From IMG/VR virus record IMGVR_UViG_3300046795_000055, positions 1 through 47,115 of that record: a DNA stretch of 47,115 nt. One strand, written 5' to 3'. Under the pieces are notes generated by a model. It worked only from the letters and a program-made list of their open reading frames with translations. It was not told where the DNA came from and made no database searches. Positions within the stretch are counted from its first letter, which is position 1. Each line of letters opens with the position of its first letter. This document shows, one piece after another, positions 8,788-17,285 of this stretch. The stretch is from a virus. Taxonomy: Duplodnaviria > Caudoviricetes. Both the position numbers and the translations under genes were made by a program.

Positions 8788-8942
8788 TGGTGTTTTTTAT
8801 GTTTTTTCTTTCGGCGTTTGGGTTGTGCTAGTGATTTACCCCGGGGCTGATAGGTCTTCCCGTTCCGTGGGTCGGTGTAGGGAAGTCCCAGCTCCAGGGT
8901 GATTTTCCTGGCGACGTCGTAAAGCGCCGGGATTTCCTTCAT
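8784..8942 (-). CDS. 52-aa basic protein (MKEIPALYDVARK...LPYTDPRNGKTY)
   Basis: Manual translation; ATGA-coupled at both ends. Confidence 0.6.
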   Translation of the reverse strand: MKEIPALYDVARKITLELGLPYTDPRNGKTYQPRGKSLAQPKRRKKKHKKHQ

Positions 8943-9313
8943 GTCAGTTTGCCTTCCCGCTCCCTGGTGGCGTACCCGGTGACCCGGGGTGAAAAGCAGG
9001 GTTCGTCATTGGCCAGACCGCGCAGGTCATGCACTAAGTTGGACAGGATAACGTCCTGCCGGTGCCCTTCATTAAAGGCCCAGCGAACGTAGGCCGCAGC
9101 GTCTTGGATGAATCCGGTGAGACGCTTGTTTTCCTTGCGCATCTGCGGCAATTCCTCGCGCAGTTTGCGAAGATGCTTCAGCTCGGCATGGAGCGATTCC
9201 TCGGCTTCCTTGTCGTGGTCGTATGGTTTGGGTGACTTGCGGATTGCAGGAATGAGCAACCGCTCATTCTCGTCGGTTCGCTCGGACGCAGCTTTGTAGT
9301 GTTCGGTGTTCAT
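8939..9313 (-). CDS. Hypothetical protein
   Basis: Coupled ORF in the early operon. Confidence 0.7.
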   Translation of the reverse strand: MNTEHYKAASERTDENERLLIPAIRKSPKPYDHDKEAEESLHAELKHLRKLREELPQMRKENKRLTGFIQDAAAYVRWAFNEGHRQDVILSNLVHDLRGLANDEPCFSPRVTGYATREREGKLT

Positions 9314-9434
9314 AAATATGGTGCGCTTCGTGGCAGTGCCTTGTCTTTGATCGGTGGGAACAAGGTCTGAAATGGTGATGGTTTTTCCTTGCGCTTTTTG
9401 CCTCTCCGTTTGCCGGATTGTGACAGCTTACGGA

Positions 9435-9602
9435 CTATGCGTTTTGGGTTGGCAGTGGGCATGGTGCTGGTGTTCGTAGCCTGATCGCTTGTGCTTCCTC
9501 GTCGGAGCAATAGAGTGCGCTGCACTGCTGGCAGTACGCCCAACCTTCCTCAAAGCGAATCGGGTAGGTGCAGCGGGGGCAGTGTTTGGTGTTAGTTTTC
9601 AT
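9435..9602 (-). CDS. 55-aa Zn-ribbon protein
   Basis: Manual translation MKTNTKHCPRC...YCQQC; ATGA-coupled to the 9599 stop. Confidence 0.6.
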   Translation of the reverse strand: MKTNTKHCPRCTYPIRFEEGWAYCQQCSALYCSDEEAQAIRLRTPAPCPLPTQNA

Positions 9603-9820
9603 ACATGCTGCCAGTTGAGCAGGACGTAGTTGATATGCTGGTCGTCGGTCGCCCGCCGGATGGTGACGCGAAATTGCAGTGATCGCATCAGCTTGGCGAA
9701 GTGCCTTGCTTCCTCCGGGGTATGCGCCCAGAAGATGCCTTTGACGTAGCCCTTCACACGGTCGGTGAGGATGATTTCGCGGAATTTTGTTCTTCGGATG
9801 CCGTCAGTGCGCAGTCTCAT
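9599..9820 (-). CDS. Hypothetical protein (MRLRTDGIRR...)
   Basis: Coupled ORF; ATG 9820 adjoins the upstream stop. Confidence 0.6.
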   Translation of the reverse strand: MRLRTDGIRRTKFREIILTDRVKGYVKGIFWAHTPEEARHFAKLMRSLQFRVTIRRATDDQHINYVLLNWQHV

Positions 9821-10011
9821 TTTACCCTTTCGGTGTTGATGCGCTCGCACAGAGCGTCGATGTCCCGCAGGGTGAGCGGGTCGAAACTGCCACCGTCACT
9901 GGCAATGTCGGCAATCCACGCATTCTTGGGCGGGTCGTACTGGTAATTACGGAGAGCGGCGAGTATGGTCGCAGTCTCCCTTTGGCTTAGGTGTGTTGTG
10001 ATGGTTTTCAT
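9817..10011 (-). CDS. Hypothetical protein (MKTITTHLSQRETATILAALR...)
   Basis: ATG 10011 coupled to the 10008 stop; RE.ATILAALR.YQ pattern common in phage early genes. Confidence 0.7.
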   Translation of the reverse strand: MKTITTHLSQRETATILAALRNYQYDPPKNAWIADIASDGGSFDPLTLRDIDALCERINTERVK

Positions 10012-10742
10012 AAAAGCTGTCTCTTTAGGAAGTCGATCATCTGCGGGATTGCAGTGATCGGAAATTCGATGATCGCGTTCTTGGCCACTCCGCGCTTCCC
10101 TTGCGGGATGATCGCGCAAACGTCCGTGCCTTTGTAGCGGTGAAGGTTCACCGCGACAGAATTGAAAGTCCCGTTGCGTCCAGTCCAGATGGTGTGCGGA
10201 GAACCGACAGGAAACGTGATTTCCTGATAGGTGGTCGGTGCGGATAGCCCAACCGGAGCGGGTGGTAAAGGTGGAAATGGAGCCTTGCCCTCATGGTCGT
10301 AAGTACAGGCAGGTACAGGAGAAGCTGGCGACTCAGCCACTTCAGTCGTCGCATCTTTGGACGTCTCTGGCTTCTCCCGTACAAGTTTGCCCTTGTGGTC
10401 AAATCCAATCGGTTTGCCGCTTCCCTTGCCTACACTGTGCGCTTTACGGCTCACAAATGTTGGCAAGCCAGCGTCCACGATTTCCTTCTCCGATTGTGCT
10501 AGTGGTGCAGTCGGGACAGGGGTCACCTTGTCCGGCACAGGGTTCGGCTTTGTCGCTTCGTCATGCTTAATGGCTGGTGCGCCACCGTGGACAAATGGTG
10601 TTTCGGTGGGACGACGCACTTCTTTGTAAGTGGTGAATTGAATCTGCAATCCGTAGTCGTCTTTGGGTATGGCTTTCCAAGTGCCGTTGTCGCGGTACTC
10701 GTCGCCTTTCTGCAAGATTCGGTTCGGTGTTAGTGTGTTCAT
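10008..10742 (-). CDS. Hypothetical protein with Pro-rich linker
   Basis: 244-aa coupled ORF. Confidence 0.75.
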   Translation of the reverse strand: MNTLTPNRILQKGDEYRDNGTWKAIPKDDYGLQIQFTTYKEVRRPTETPFVHGGAPAIKHDEATKPNPVPDKVTPVPTAPLAQSEKEIVDAGLPTFVSRKAHSVGKGSGKPIGFDHKGKLVREKPETSKDATTEVAESPASPVPACTYDHEGKAPFPPLPPAPVGLSAPTTYQEITFPVGSPHTIWTGRNGTFNSVAVNLHRYKGTDVCAIIPQGKRGVAKNAIIEFPITAIPQMIDFLKRQLL

Positions 10743-10939
10743 AAATCGTTTCCTAGGGGGTGACTCACGGTGTCATTGGTGCCAAATTGGGAATCCAGAT
10801 GCTCAATCAAGTACTTGGCATAACTGGTCAGCACCTGCTGTCCCTCAAACTCAAACTGATCGTGTCCAGCATGCAAGGCTCGCTGATATGCTCCGCGAAG
10901 GTGCTGCACTTTGGCTCTAGTAAAGAGAATCGTTTTCAT
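10739..10939 (-). CDS. Hypothetical protein (MKTILFTRAK...YAKYLIEHL)
   Basis: ATG 10939 coupled; F.FEG..V...YAKYL.E.L phage pattern. Confidence 0.7.
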   Translation of the reverse strand: MKTILFTRAKVQHLRGAYQRALHAGHDQFEFEGQQVLTSYAKYLIEHLDSQFGTNDTVSHPLGNDL

Positions 10940-11199
10940 GCGTGAATGAGAGTGTCGCTGGTGTCGGTTGCCATTCCGGTGCGCGGGTTGGTCTTGATCG
11001 CGCCACCGCTCGGGCCGCACTCTCCGTTGATGTAGTCCATCCAGCGGGTTGCGTTGAAGCGGTAATTCTGCGAGCGGCAGAAATTCGCCAGTTGCTCAAT
11101 CGCCGGAGTGTCGAACATCGGTGGAAGTCCCGCGTCGCTCCGTCTGGCGTTGCAGTGGCGGATAGTGTCGGCTAATTCGATAAAGTGTTTCTTAGTCAT
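10936..11199 (-). CDS. Hypothetical early protein (MTKKHFIELA...N.RFN..RW)
   Basis: ATG 11199 preferred; motif recurrent in phage early proteins. Confidence 0.7.
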   Translation of the reverse strand: MTKKHFIELADTIRHCNARRSDAGLPPMFDTPAIEQLANFCRSQNYRFNATRWMDYINGECGPSGGAIKTNPRTGMATDTSDTLIHA

Positions 11200-11365
11200 T
11201 GGTGGTGGTGCATGCCTTCGGTCGAACGACGCAAGGGTGCGGCCTAGCTGCTCCAATGATGGAGTAAACTTTGCCACCTTCCCGATTGCGCATGAGTAGC
11301 GCAATGCGGTGCTTGAAGTCTGCGATGGATTCGACTGGCTTCGGTGTTTGTTTCGGTGTTTTCAT
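11192..11365 (-). CDS. 57-aa first gene of the leftward early operon (MKTPKQTPKP...)
   Basis: Manual translation; ATG 8 nt after the -10 box; overlaps the next start. Confidence 0.55.
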   Translation of the reverse strand: MKTPKQTPKPVESIADFKHRIALLMRNREGGKVYSIIGAARPHPCVVRPKACTTTND

Positions 11366-11373
11366 TACTGCTT

Positions 11374-11401
11374 AACATACCATGCGGCTTGGCATGGTCA
11401 A
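11374..11401 (-). promoter_or_regulatory. Early promoter TTGACC-16-TATGTT (extended -10) with CCATGC-N6-GCATGG inverted repeat; leaderless start
   Basis: Minus strand TTGACCatgccaagccgcatggTATGTTaagcagtaATG. Confidence 0.7.
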
Positions 11402-11589
11402 GTGATTATTTCGGGATTTCTTTCGGGGCTGGTATCACTTTGCGCCACCGTGCTAGGGCGGCTTCCTGATTCAGCCGTGGTCTGTCGGGATGCTGTGCGG
11501 ATTTCTTTCCACCTTTGCTTCCGATCTTTCTTAAAAAGTCTTTGACTGCGGGGTTTGATGTATTCATGCTCATTGCCAAACAGGTTGGC

Positions 11590-11796
11590 TCATGTTGAAG
11601 ATTTTGTCAATTCCACGAAGGAATCTGCGTTACTCCGGGGTTCCGATTGTGCTAGTTCCGCCGAACCAGGGGCGGGCGGGTGCGCGGTGTGCGCGGCGCG
11701 GCGGCGGGCGGCCCCAGACCGGCGGCCCAGTGCGGCGAAATAGCGCGAGATGTCGGCGGGCGTTTTGTCTCCGGTACTTTTAGGTTTGCGTTTCAT
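11590..11796 (-). CDS. Small basic protein with SRYFAALGRRSG motif, possibly DNA-binding
   Basis: Resembles the small GRKGG-type basic phage proteins. Confidence 0.55.
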   Translation of the reverse strand: MKRKPKSTGDKTPADISRYFAALGRRSGAARRRAAHTAHPPAPGSAELAQSEPRSNADSFVELTKSST

Positions 11797-11920
11797 AATG
11801 TCTCTACCTTCTATGCAGCTAGAACCGTGCCAAGTCGTTCACCGGTTACCAAATGGTGCGTAAGGCACTTTGAAGTTAATTTGAACGAACGGCTTGGGAT
11901 ACGGTCTAACCTAGTAACAG

Positions 11921-12070
11921 ATGAAACAGTCAAAACGAAATTGGAAAAACCGACTGGGTGGCTTCTGCATGGATTGCGGCGGTACTGGCCGCACTCCGAG
12001 CGGGTGTCAACCTTGCCAGTCCTGCAAGGTTTCATCCATCAAAACTAACAAAACGGGACAAAGTAAGTAA
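11921..12070 (+). CDS. 49-aa DnaJ-type Zn-finger microprotein
   Basis: Manual translation MKQSKRNWKNRLGGFCMDCGGTGRTPSGCQPCQSCK...; stops 5 nt before the AAA gene. Confidence 0.55.
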   Translation: MKQSKRNWKNRLGGFCMDCGGTGRTPSGCQPCQSCKVSSIKTNKTGQSK

Positions 12071-12075
12071 CACCG

Positions 12076-12828
12076 ATGAACACAAGTAAAGTTATAGGCA
12101 CAGAGCGGGTTTCAATTAGAGATTGGCCGCGTGTGCTGGAAATTCTAAACAATCTCAAAAATCCACCGCGACGGTGGCTATTGCATGGAAAGCCAGGTAC
12201 TGGCAAAACTACAGCGGCATGCGCTTTCTCTCCGGAGTATGAGCGGGTGACGTTGAATCAGTCGCAATTCGCCGATGCGCTATTCGGGAAATTCCTTCTG
12301 CGAGACGGTAGCACTCACTGGTCAAACGCTTGCGCAACGCGGGCGGCGATCAAAGGGTGCCCGCTCGTTCTGGATGAAATTCACAAAGCGGGTGGCGAAT
12401 TAGACGCACCGCTCCAAAGCGTTTTGGATGATGCGGCGATTTGCAAACTCAACTTGGATAATGGCGAGACGGTAACTCCGGCAGACGGGTACCGTGTTAT
12501 TGCCACGATGAACGGTTCGCCCGATCAGTTAGCCGAAGCGGTACTAGACCGATTCGACATTGTGCTTCGATGCGATACACCGCACAGCGGAATACTTCGC
12601 AGACTGTCGCCCGAAAGTGCGGCTTTCATTCTGAATAAAATGGCGAATGAGCCGAACACCGATGAATGGACGCCCACAATAACACCGCGCCGGATGCTCT
12701 CTTATGAGCAACTTCGCGCCGAGGGTGTCAGCAACGAATTGGCCGCCGAGTTAGTTTTCGGCGAAGGGCAAGGAAAAACAGTGCTGATGGCGATGATCGA
12801 CGCGGCACGCAACGGGATGAAAAGCTAA
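12076..12828 (+). CDS. MoxR/CbbQ/CobS-type AAA+ ATPase
   Basis: Walker A GKPGTGKT, Walker B LVLDEI, sensor I ATMN, Arg finger AVLDRF. Confidence 0.9.
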   Translation: MNTSKVIGTERVSIRDWPRVLEILNNLKNPPRRWLLHGKPGTGKTTAACAFSPEYERVTLNQSQFADALFGKFLLRDGSTHWSNACATRAAIKGCPLVLDEIHKAGGELDAPLQSVLDDAAICKLNLDNGETVTPADGYRVIATMNGSPDQLAEAVLDRFDIVLRCDTPHSGILRRLSPESAAFILNKMANEPNTDEWTPTITPRRMLSYEQLRAEGVSNELAAELVFGEGQGKTVLMAMIDAARNGMKS

Positions 12829-12829
12829 T

Positions 12830-14188
12830 ATGCGAAAACCTACGAGAAAAACGGTACGCGATGCAATCAGGGCATCCGTACCAGACGGAAAACTGCAACG
12901 GGCAAAAATTGTCCTTGCCAGTAAAGAGCAACTGAACGGGGCACCGATTGGCGGCTTCACTGAGTACGACCGCGCCAATGGCAGCGGCAACGTGATTAAA
13001 CTTGGTGCGCCGGATTCGGATGATTCCAAGGGCATCACAATTCGCGGGCATGAGACACGCCACGCAACGCGGCACACTCTGAAGCGCAAAAAACCGCTTA
13101 CAGAAAACGAGGCAATCGCGGGGCAAATTGTCGATGATGTAAACATCGAATGCACCGAGCTTCCGACTGTTAGCTTCGACGGTCTGCGACCTTACAAACG
13201 GGCGCACATGGCTGTAGCGATGGACGGAGTACGGATCTTGAAGCGCAACGCCCGCGCCGTGGCAAACGGCACGGTCGCCGATTCGGTGGCACTGCGAAAC
13301 GGGCAACTGCTCAACGCGGTACGCACTGCGGCGATGCTGCATCACTACGGGCAAAAAGGCGAGTACCGGTCGCGTGAGCGGGGGTACCGCAAAGTGCGCG
13401 AAGCGATTGGCGATAAAATGTTCCGCGCCATTTCGACGGTGATTAAACTTGCCAAGGGCAAGCGATCACGGGCAAAAGCCATTTCGGTTTTGGTGTCGCT
13501 TCTGGAAACTGAAGAAACGCCGGAAACTGAACGCGAAGGCGATCAGGAATTGCCAGAGGGTGAAATGCTCTCGCCTGTAACGGGCGGCGATGCGCTCGAC
13601 GGTAAAATGACCATTGTCGATCTGCGACCGAAAACCGTACCTTGCGACAAGGAAAAATCCATTAGCAAGCGGCACACTCCGGATGGAGTGATTATCAATC
13701 CGGCACGTTTCGTTTCGGCGATCGTGAGCGGCAACGCTAACGGGTTATTTATGCGCCGAGTACGGCAAAAGCCCGGTGGCTGTGTCGTCATTGACGCATC
13801 CGGCAGCATGGGCGCGACTAAGAACAACTTGTCCGAATTGTGCAAGCTGGTACCGACTGCAACGGTGGCGTATTACTCCGGCGATTGCAGCGGGCGCGGC
13901 GACTTGTGCGTTTATGCCAATAAGGGCAAGCGGTACAACGATCAACTGCCCGAAGACCATTTGCACGGTGGCAACGCGGTAGATTTGCCCGCCATTAAAT
14001 GGCTGATGCGGCATCCCAAACCTTGGACGCTTGTCTCCGACTTGGAGTTTTGCGGCGGGGTACTCGGGAGTGAGATTGTGGCGCATGCGCTGGTAGAACG
14101 CGCAGTCAAACGCGGCGACTTGAAAGTCTATCGCTCACTGGATGCGGCATACGAGGCATTCGGTGGCAAAGGCGACCTGAAAAACTAA
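12830..14188 (+). CDS. vWA (MIDAS) protein with N-terminal HExxH motif, partner of the AAA+ ATPase
   Basis: GHETRH; acidic linker; VVIDASGSMG MIDAS; GGN.VD and LVSD. Confidence 0.85.
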   Translation: MRKPTRKTVRDAIRASVPDGKLQRAKIVLASKEQLNGAPIGGFTEYDRANGSGNVIKLGAPDSDDSKGITIRGHETRHATRHTLKRKKPLTENEAIAGQIVDDVNIECTELPTVSFDGLRPYKRAHMAVAMDGVRILKRNARAVANGTVADSVALRNGQLLNAVRTAAMLHHYGQKGEYRSRERGYRKVREAIGDKMFRAISTVIKLAKGKRSRAKAISVLVSLLETEETPETEREGDQELPEGEMLSPVTGGDALDGKMTIVDLRPKTVPCDKEKSISKRHTPDGVIINPARFVSAIVSGNANGLFMRRVRQKPGGCVVIDASGSMGATKNNLSELCKLVPTATVAYYSGDCSGRGDLCVYANKGKRYNDQLPEDHLHGGNAVDLPAIKWLMRHPKPWTLVSDLEFCGGVLGSEIVAHALVERAVKRGDLKVYRSLDAAYEAFGGKGDLKN

Positions 14189-14227
14189 CCGTGTTCAACG
14201 GTCAGCCTCTCGGAAGCGGGGGGCTGG

Positions 14228-14500
14228 ATGATGAATACAGATAAAACACCGATGGACGCTCTCGCCGAATTGATTCGGCTGTTGGGCGGCGACAAAGGCA
14301 GCGAAACGGGCGAACACTCCCACAAGTGCAACAAGTGCGGCCACATCTGGTCACACGAAGACTCCTGCCTCAACGATACAAAAGCGCACACCTGCAAATG
14401 TGGCACCGAGCAATGGTGGGTTTTCCACGATCACCGAGAGGGGCAATGGCAGTCTTGCGCGACACTTTCAACACTCAACACGGAAGGGAGGAAATCATAA
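14228..14500 (+). CDS. Zn-binding small protein
   Basis: HKCNKCGHIWSH...HTCKCG. Confidence 0.6.
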   Translation: MMNTDKTPMDALAELIRLLGGDKGSETGEHSHKCNKCGHIWSHEDSCLNDTKAHTCKCGTEQWWVFHDHREGQWQSCATLSTLNTEGRKS

Positions 14501-14709
14501 TGGCGACTAAAAACACCGATAAGGCAGCGATTGCCAATCTCAAAGAGACGCTTCGACTGGTCACAGCCGAGCGCGACGAATGGCGGCGACTCTCCGGCGA
14601 ATGGCAGAAGCGAGCCGAAGCACTGCGGCACGACATGGACAGAATCCATAGTCAGGCTTGCCAACTGGACGAAAGCGTCAAGAGACTGCAAGTACTGATG
14701 AAGTCCTAA
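14500..14709 (+). CDS. Small coiled-coil protein (MATKNTDK...)
   Basis: TAATG coupling, GGAGG upstream, heptad pattern. Confidence 0.65.
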   Translation: MATKNTDKAAIANLKETLRLVTAERDEWRRLSGEWQKRAEALRHDMDRIHSQACQLDESVKRLQVLMKS

Positions 14710-15120
14710 GCAGTCAGCGTCACACTTCAGCACCGTTACTCATACTGGGTAACGGTGTTTTGCTGTACGCTTCGCATGCACTGTACCGGATATGCAACGG
14801 ACAATCAGCAGCAATGGAGAGCAGACAAGCAGAGGCTCCAAGATGCACAACGGGTGTCTCCTACTGTGCTGGCCAGTGATGCAACATGCATCACCGGTAC
14901 AGTACAGTACCTAAGGCACCATCATGTCTGCTACGCACCGCACCTGGAGCATACTGTGACTTATGAAGCATGCTTAGGTTGCCTTGATGCATAAGTCCAA
15001 GGGTAGTAGCCGGTTAGCCCCATGGGAAAGAATTCTTTGTTTCCTAAACGGGGGGGTAGGGGGGGCTAGTTACCCGGACAATTTCACTTACTGGTAAACG
15101 CGGCCACCAGTAAGAAAAAT
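14710..15120. other. Non-coding candidate genome-end or packaging-initiation region
   Basis: No convincing ORF; repeated ATGCA/GTAC words; two G-runs separated by TA at ~15049-15065; inverted repeat CTTACTGGT-N10-ACCAGTAAG (15087-15114) just upstream of the terminase genes. Confidence 0.5.
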
Positions 15121-15122
15121 TA

Positions 15123-15151
15123 TTTACAAACAAGAAGCCCGGGGTTACCTG
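15123..15151 (+). promoter_or_regulatory. Possible late promoter TTTACA-17-TACCTG with CCCGGGG in the spacer
   Basis: TTTACAaacaagaagcccggggtTACCTGttgaggcagATG; weak -10. Confidence 0.4.
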
Positions 15152-15160
15152 TTGAGGCAG

Positions 15161-15661
15161 ATGCCGAGAGGGAAACCACTGGCGAAGGCAGAAAACGCTG
15201 CATTAAAGGCTCTGATTACCATTTACGGGCCACGGGAAGCTGCTCGGCGGGCGGGATTGCCTGCTGGCACTGTCATGGCGTTCGCTTACACGCACAAGAT
15301 CAAGAAGGCGACTGGTTTCAAGCAGGAGGATGGCGATGTTTCCAAGGTATTGGCTGACAATTTCGCCAAGGACAGGGAGGAAACGGCTCTGAACCTGGCC
15401 ACTTACACCCGGAAAGCGTCCAAGAAGGCGTCTGAGCACTCAGATCCGCTGGAGGTAGCCCGCAAGGTGCGCGATGTGGCTGGTGTTTACTCCATTTTAT
15501 GGCCGCCTGGCGAGGAATCCGAGCTGATTGAGGGCGCAATTCTTGTTGGCGGTGCGCAGCCGACCACTAATCCCGAGGAAGTAGCTGCCCGGGCAATCGA
15601 AATACCCGAGGAATCTGATGTACGGACTGAACTTCCCGACCAAAGACCAGCAGGCGATTGA
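15161..15661 (+). CDS. Probable terminase small subunit
   Basis: N-terminal HTH-like GPREAARRAGLPAGTV; directly upstream of and overlapping terL. Confidence 0.6.
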   Translation: MPRGKPLAKAENAALKALITIYGPREAARRAGLPAGTVMAFAYTHKIKKATGFKQEDGDVSKVLADNFAKDREETALNLATYTRKASKKASEHSDPLEVARKVRDVAGVYSILWPPGEESELIEGAILVGGAQPTTNPEEVAARAIEIPEESDVRTELPDQRPAGD

Positions 15662-17285
15662 GCTTTGGTGCTTTGCCAACGATCCTCCGCTGGGCGTAGG
15701 GCGTTACCAGCATCTCCGCAACGCCATTGACCTGATCTGGAACAGGCATGTCCCCAACACCTACATCTGGAACGACTGGACTGAGTGGATGCAGCGCACA
15801 TTCGCTGAACATCCGTGGGCAACAGTCACCGGGCCTGCCGCTTCCTGGAAAACCACCTCTGCGGGGATCTTCGCGCTCACCAAATACTATGCCTCACCCA
15901 AGGATACAGTCGTTATCGTCACCTCAACCACACTTGACGGCCTACGCAGGCGAGTCTGGAAGGAAATATCCCATTTTCATCGGCTCAGACCCTTATTTGG
16001 GCACATGGTTCAGTCCAGAAACTGCATCCAGTTCCGTAAAGGGCACGATGACGCTGGAATTTTCGGATTGGCCACCGATAAAGGCGAAATCGACAAGGCC
16101 ATAGGTAAAATCATCGGGTTTCACTCGCCAAACATGGTGGTGATCGTCGATGAGATGCCTTACACGCCTGAAGCGATCGTCGAAGCGTGCGTCAACCTTG
16201 AAACAGGCGCAAAATCCTTCCAATTCATCGGTTTAGGCAACGCAGACGACATGCTTGACCCGCACGGGCGCATGTCAGAGCCAAAAGCGGGCTGGGAAAG
16301 CATCGACGTCGAGTCAACGCAGTGGGAAACGCGCCGGGGAACATGCATTCACCTGGACGGCCTCAAATCCCCGAATATCACCGATAAAACCAGGAATTAC
16401 CCCGGGCTTCTTACCCAGTTCGACATCGAGACCACCACCGAGATCTATGGAGTCGATTCCCCGCAGTTCTGGCAGATGCGCCGGGGATTCTGGGCACCGG
16501 AAGGCATCGTGAAGACGGTGCTCTCCATGCCCATGATAACTCGCTCCCAGGCGTTCGATGACTGCTCTTTCGACCAGAGTAACATCCCATGCGCCGGTCT
16601 CGACCCAGCTTTTGAGGGCGACGACCGCTGCGTGCTCCGTCAGGCCAAGTGCGGCGAGGTGGACGGAAAAATGACTTTACTTATGGGGCGCAAACACTTC
16701 ATAAAGACCAAAATCAAGCCGGATGACCCGATTCATTACCAGATTGTTCGCCAGGCCAAGGAAATCTGCGAAGGAGAAGGAATTACCCCGTATTACTTTG
16801 GTCTCGACTCAACCGGGGAAGGCGGTGGTCTTGCGTCGATTTTCCAACGGGAATGGAGCCGGGAAATCCTCTGCGTCGAGTTCGGCGGCCTCGCGTCGAA
16901 GAATCCGGTCAGCTCCACCAATTCAAAGCCCGCCAACCAGGAATACGACCGCGCAGTGACCGAGCTGTGGTTTTTCTTCCGGTTATTGGTCGAAAACAAG
17001 CAGATCAAGAACCTCGACCCCGAAAGCGCGGCGGAATTCTGCCGGAGATGGTGGCAGATGCGCGGGCCTTACGTTTCCTTAGAAACCAAGGCAAAAATGA
17101 AGGATCGCACCCGGAGAAGCCCGGATATCGCCGATGCCGACGTTGTTACCGCCCGGGTCGCCAATGCGCGGTGCAACCTGAAACCCAGCGCATTTTCGCA
17201 CAAGGAAGACCGTCCCGACTCGCCCTGGAAGCGATTCCTGAAAAAACGCAATGTCACACCCGAATACTCCGCTACAGCTTATTAA
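15618..17285 (+). CDS. terL: Terminase large subunit
   Basis: Walker A GPAASWKT, Walker B VIVDEMP, coupling motif GLGN, nuclease GLDPAFEGDD...SPDIADA. Confidence 0.92.
   Translation: MYGLNFPTKDQQAIELWCFANDPPLGVGRYQHLRNAIDLIWNRHVPNTYIWNDWTEWMQRTFAEHPWATVTGPAASWKTTSAGIFALTKYYASPKDTVVIVTSTTLDGLRRRVWKEISHFHRLRPLFGHMVQSRNCIQFRKGHDDAGIFGLATDKGEIDKAIGKIIGFHSPNMVVIVDEMPYTPEAIVEACVNLETGAKSFQFIGLGNADDMLDPHGRMSEPKAGWESIDVESTQWETRRGTCIHLDGLKSPNITDKTRNYPGLLTQFDIETTTEIYGVDSPQFWQMRRGFWAPEGIVKTVLSMPMITRSQAFDDCSFDQSNIPCAGLDPAFEGDDRCVLRQAKCGEVDGKMTLLMGRKHFIKTKIKPDDPIHYQIVRQAKEICEGEGITPYYFGLDSTGEGGGLASIFQREWSREILCVEFGGLASKNPVSSTNSKPANQEYDRAVTELWFFFRLLVENKQIKNLDPESAAEFCRRWWQMRGPYVSLETKAKMKDRTRRSPDIADADVVTARVANARCNLKPSAFSHKEDRPDSPWKRFLKKRNVTPEYSATAY

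Noticed and set aside
8836-8935. Long imperfect hairpins suggesting an intergenic RNA
   Set aside because: The gap is fully occupied by a 52-aa ORF ATGA-coupled at both ends, which explains it more simply
12076-14188. Cobalamin biosynthesis cobS/cobT as auxiliary metabolic genes
   Set aside because: Only generic MoxR-AAA and vWA motifs; no cobN or other cobalamin genes
14203-14226. GC-rich hairpin after the vWA gene as an intrinsic terminator
   Set aside because: No U-tract, and the next ATG follows immediately
14755-14994. 79-aa ORF in the candidate packaging region
   Set aside because: Atypical composition, non-ATG start, no coupling; better explained by non-coding word repeats
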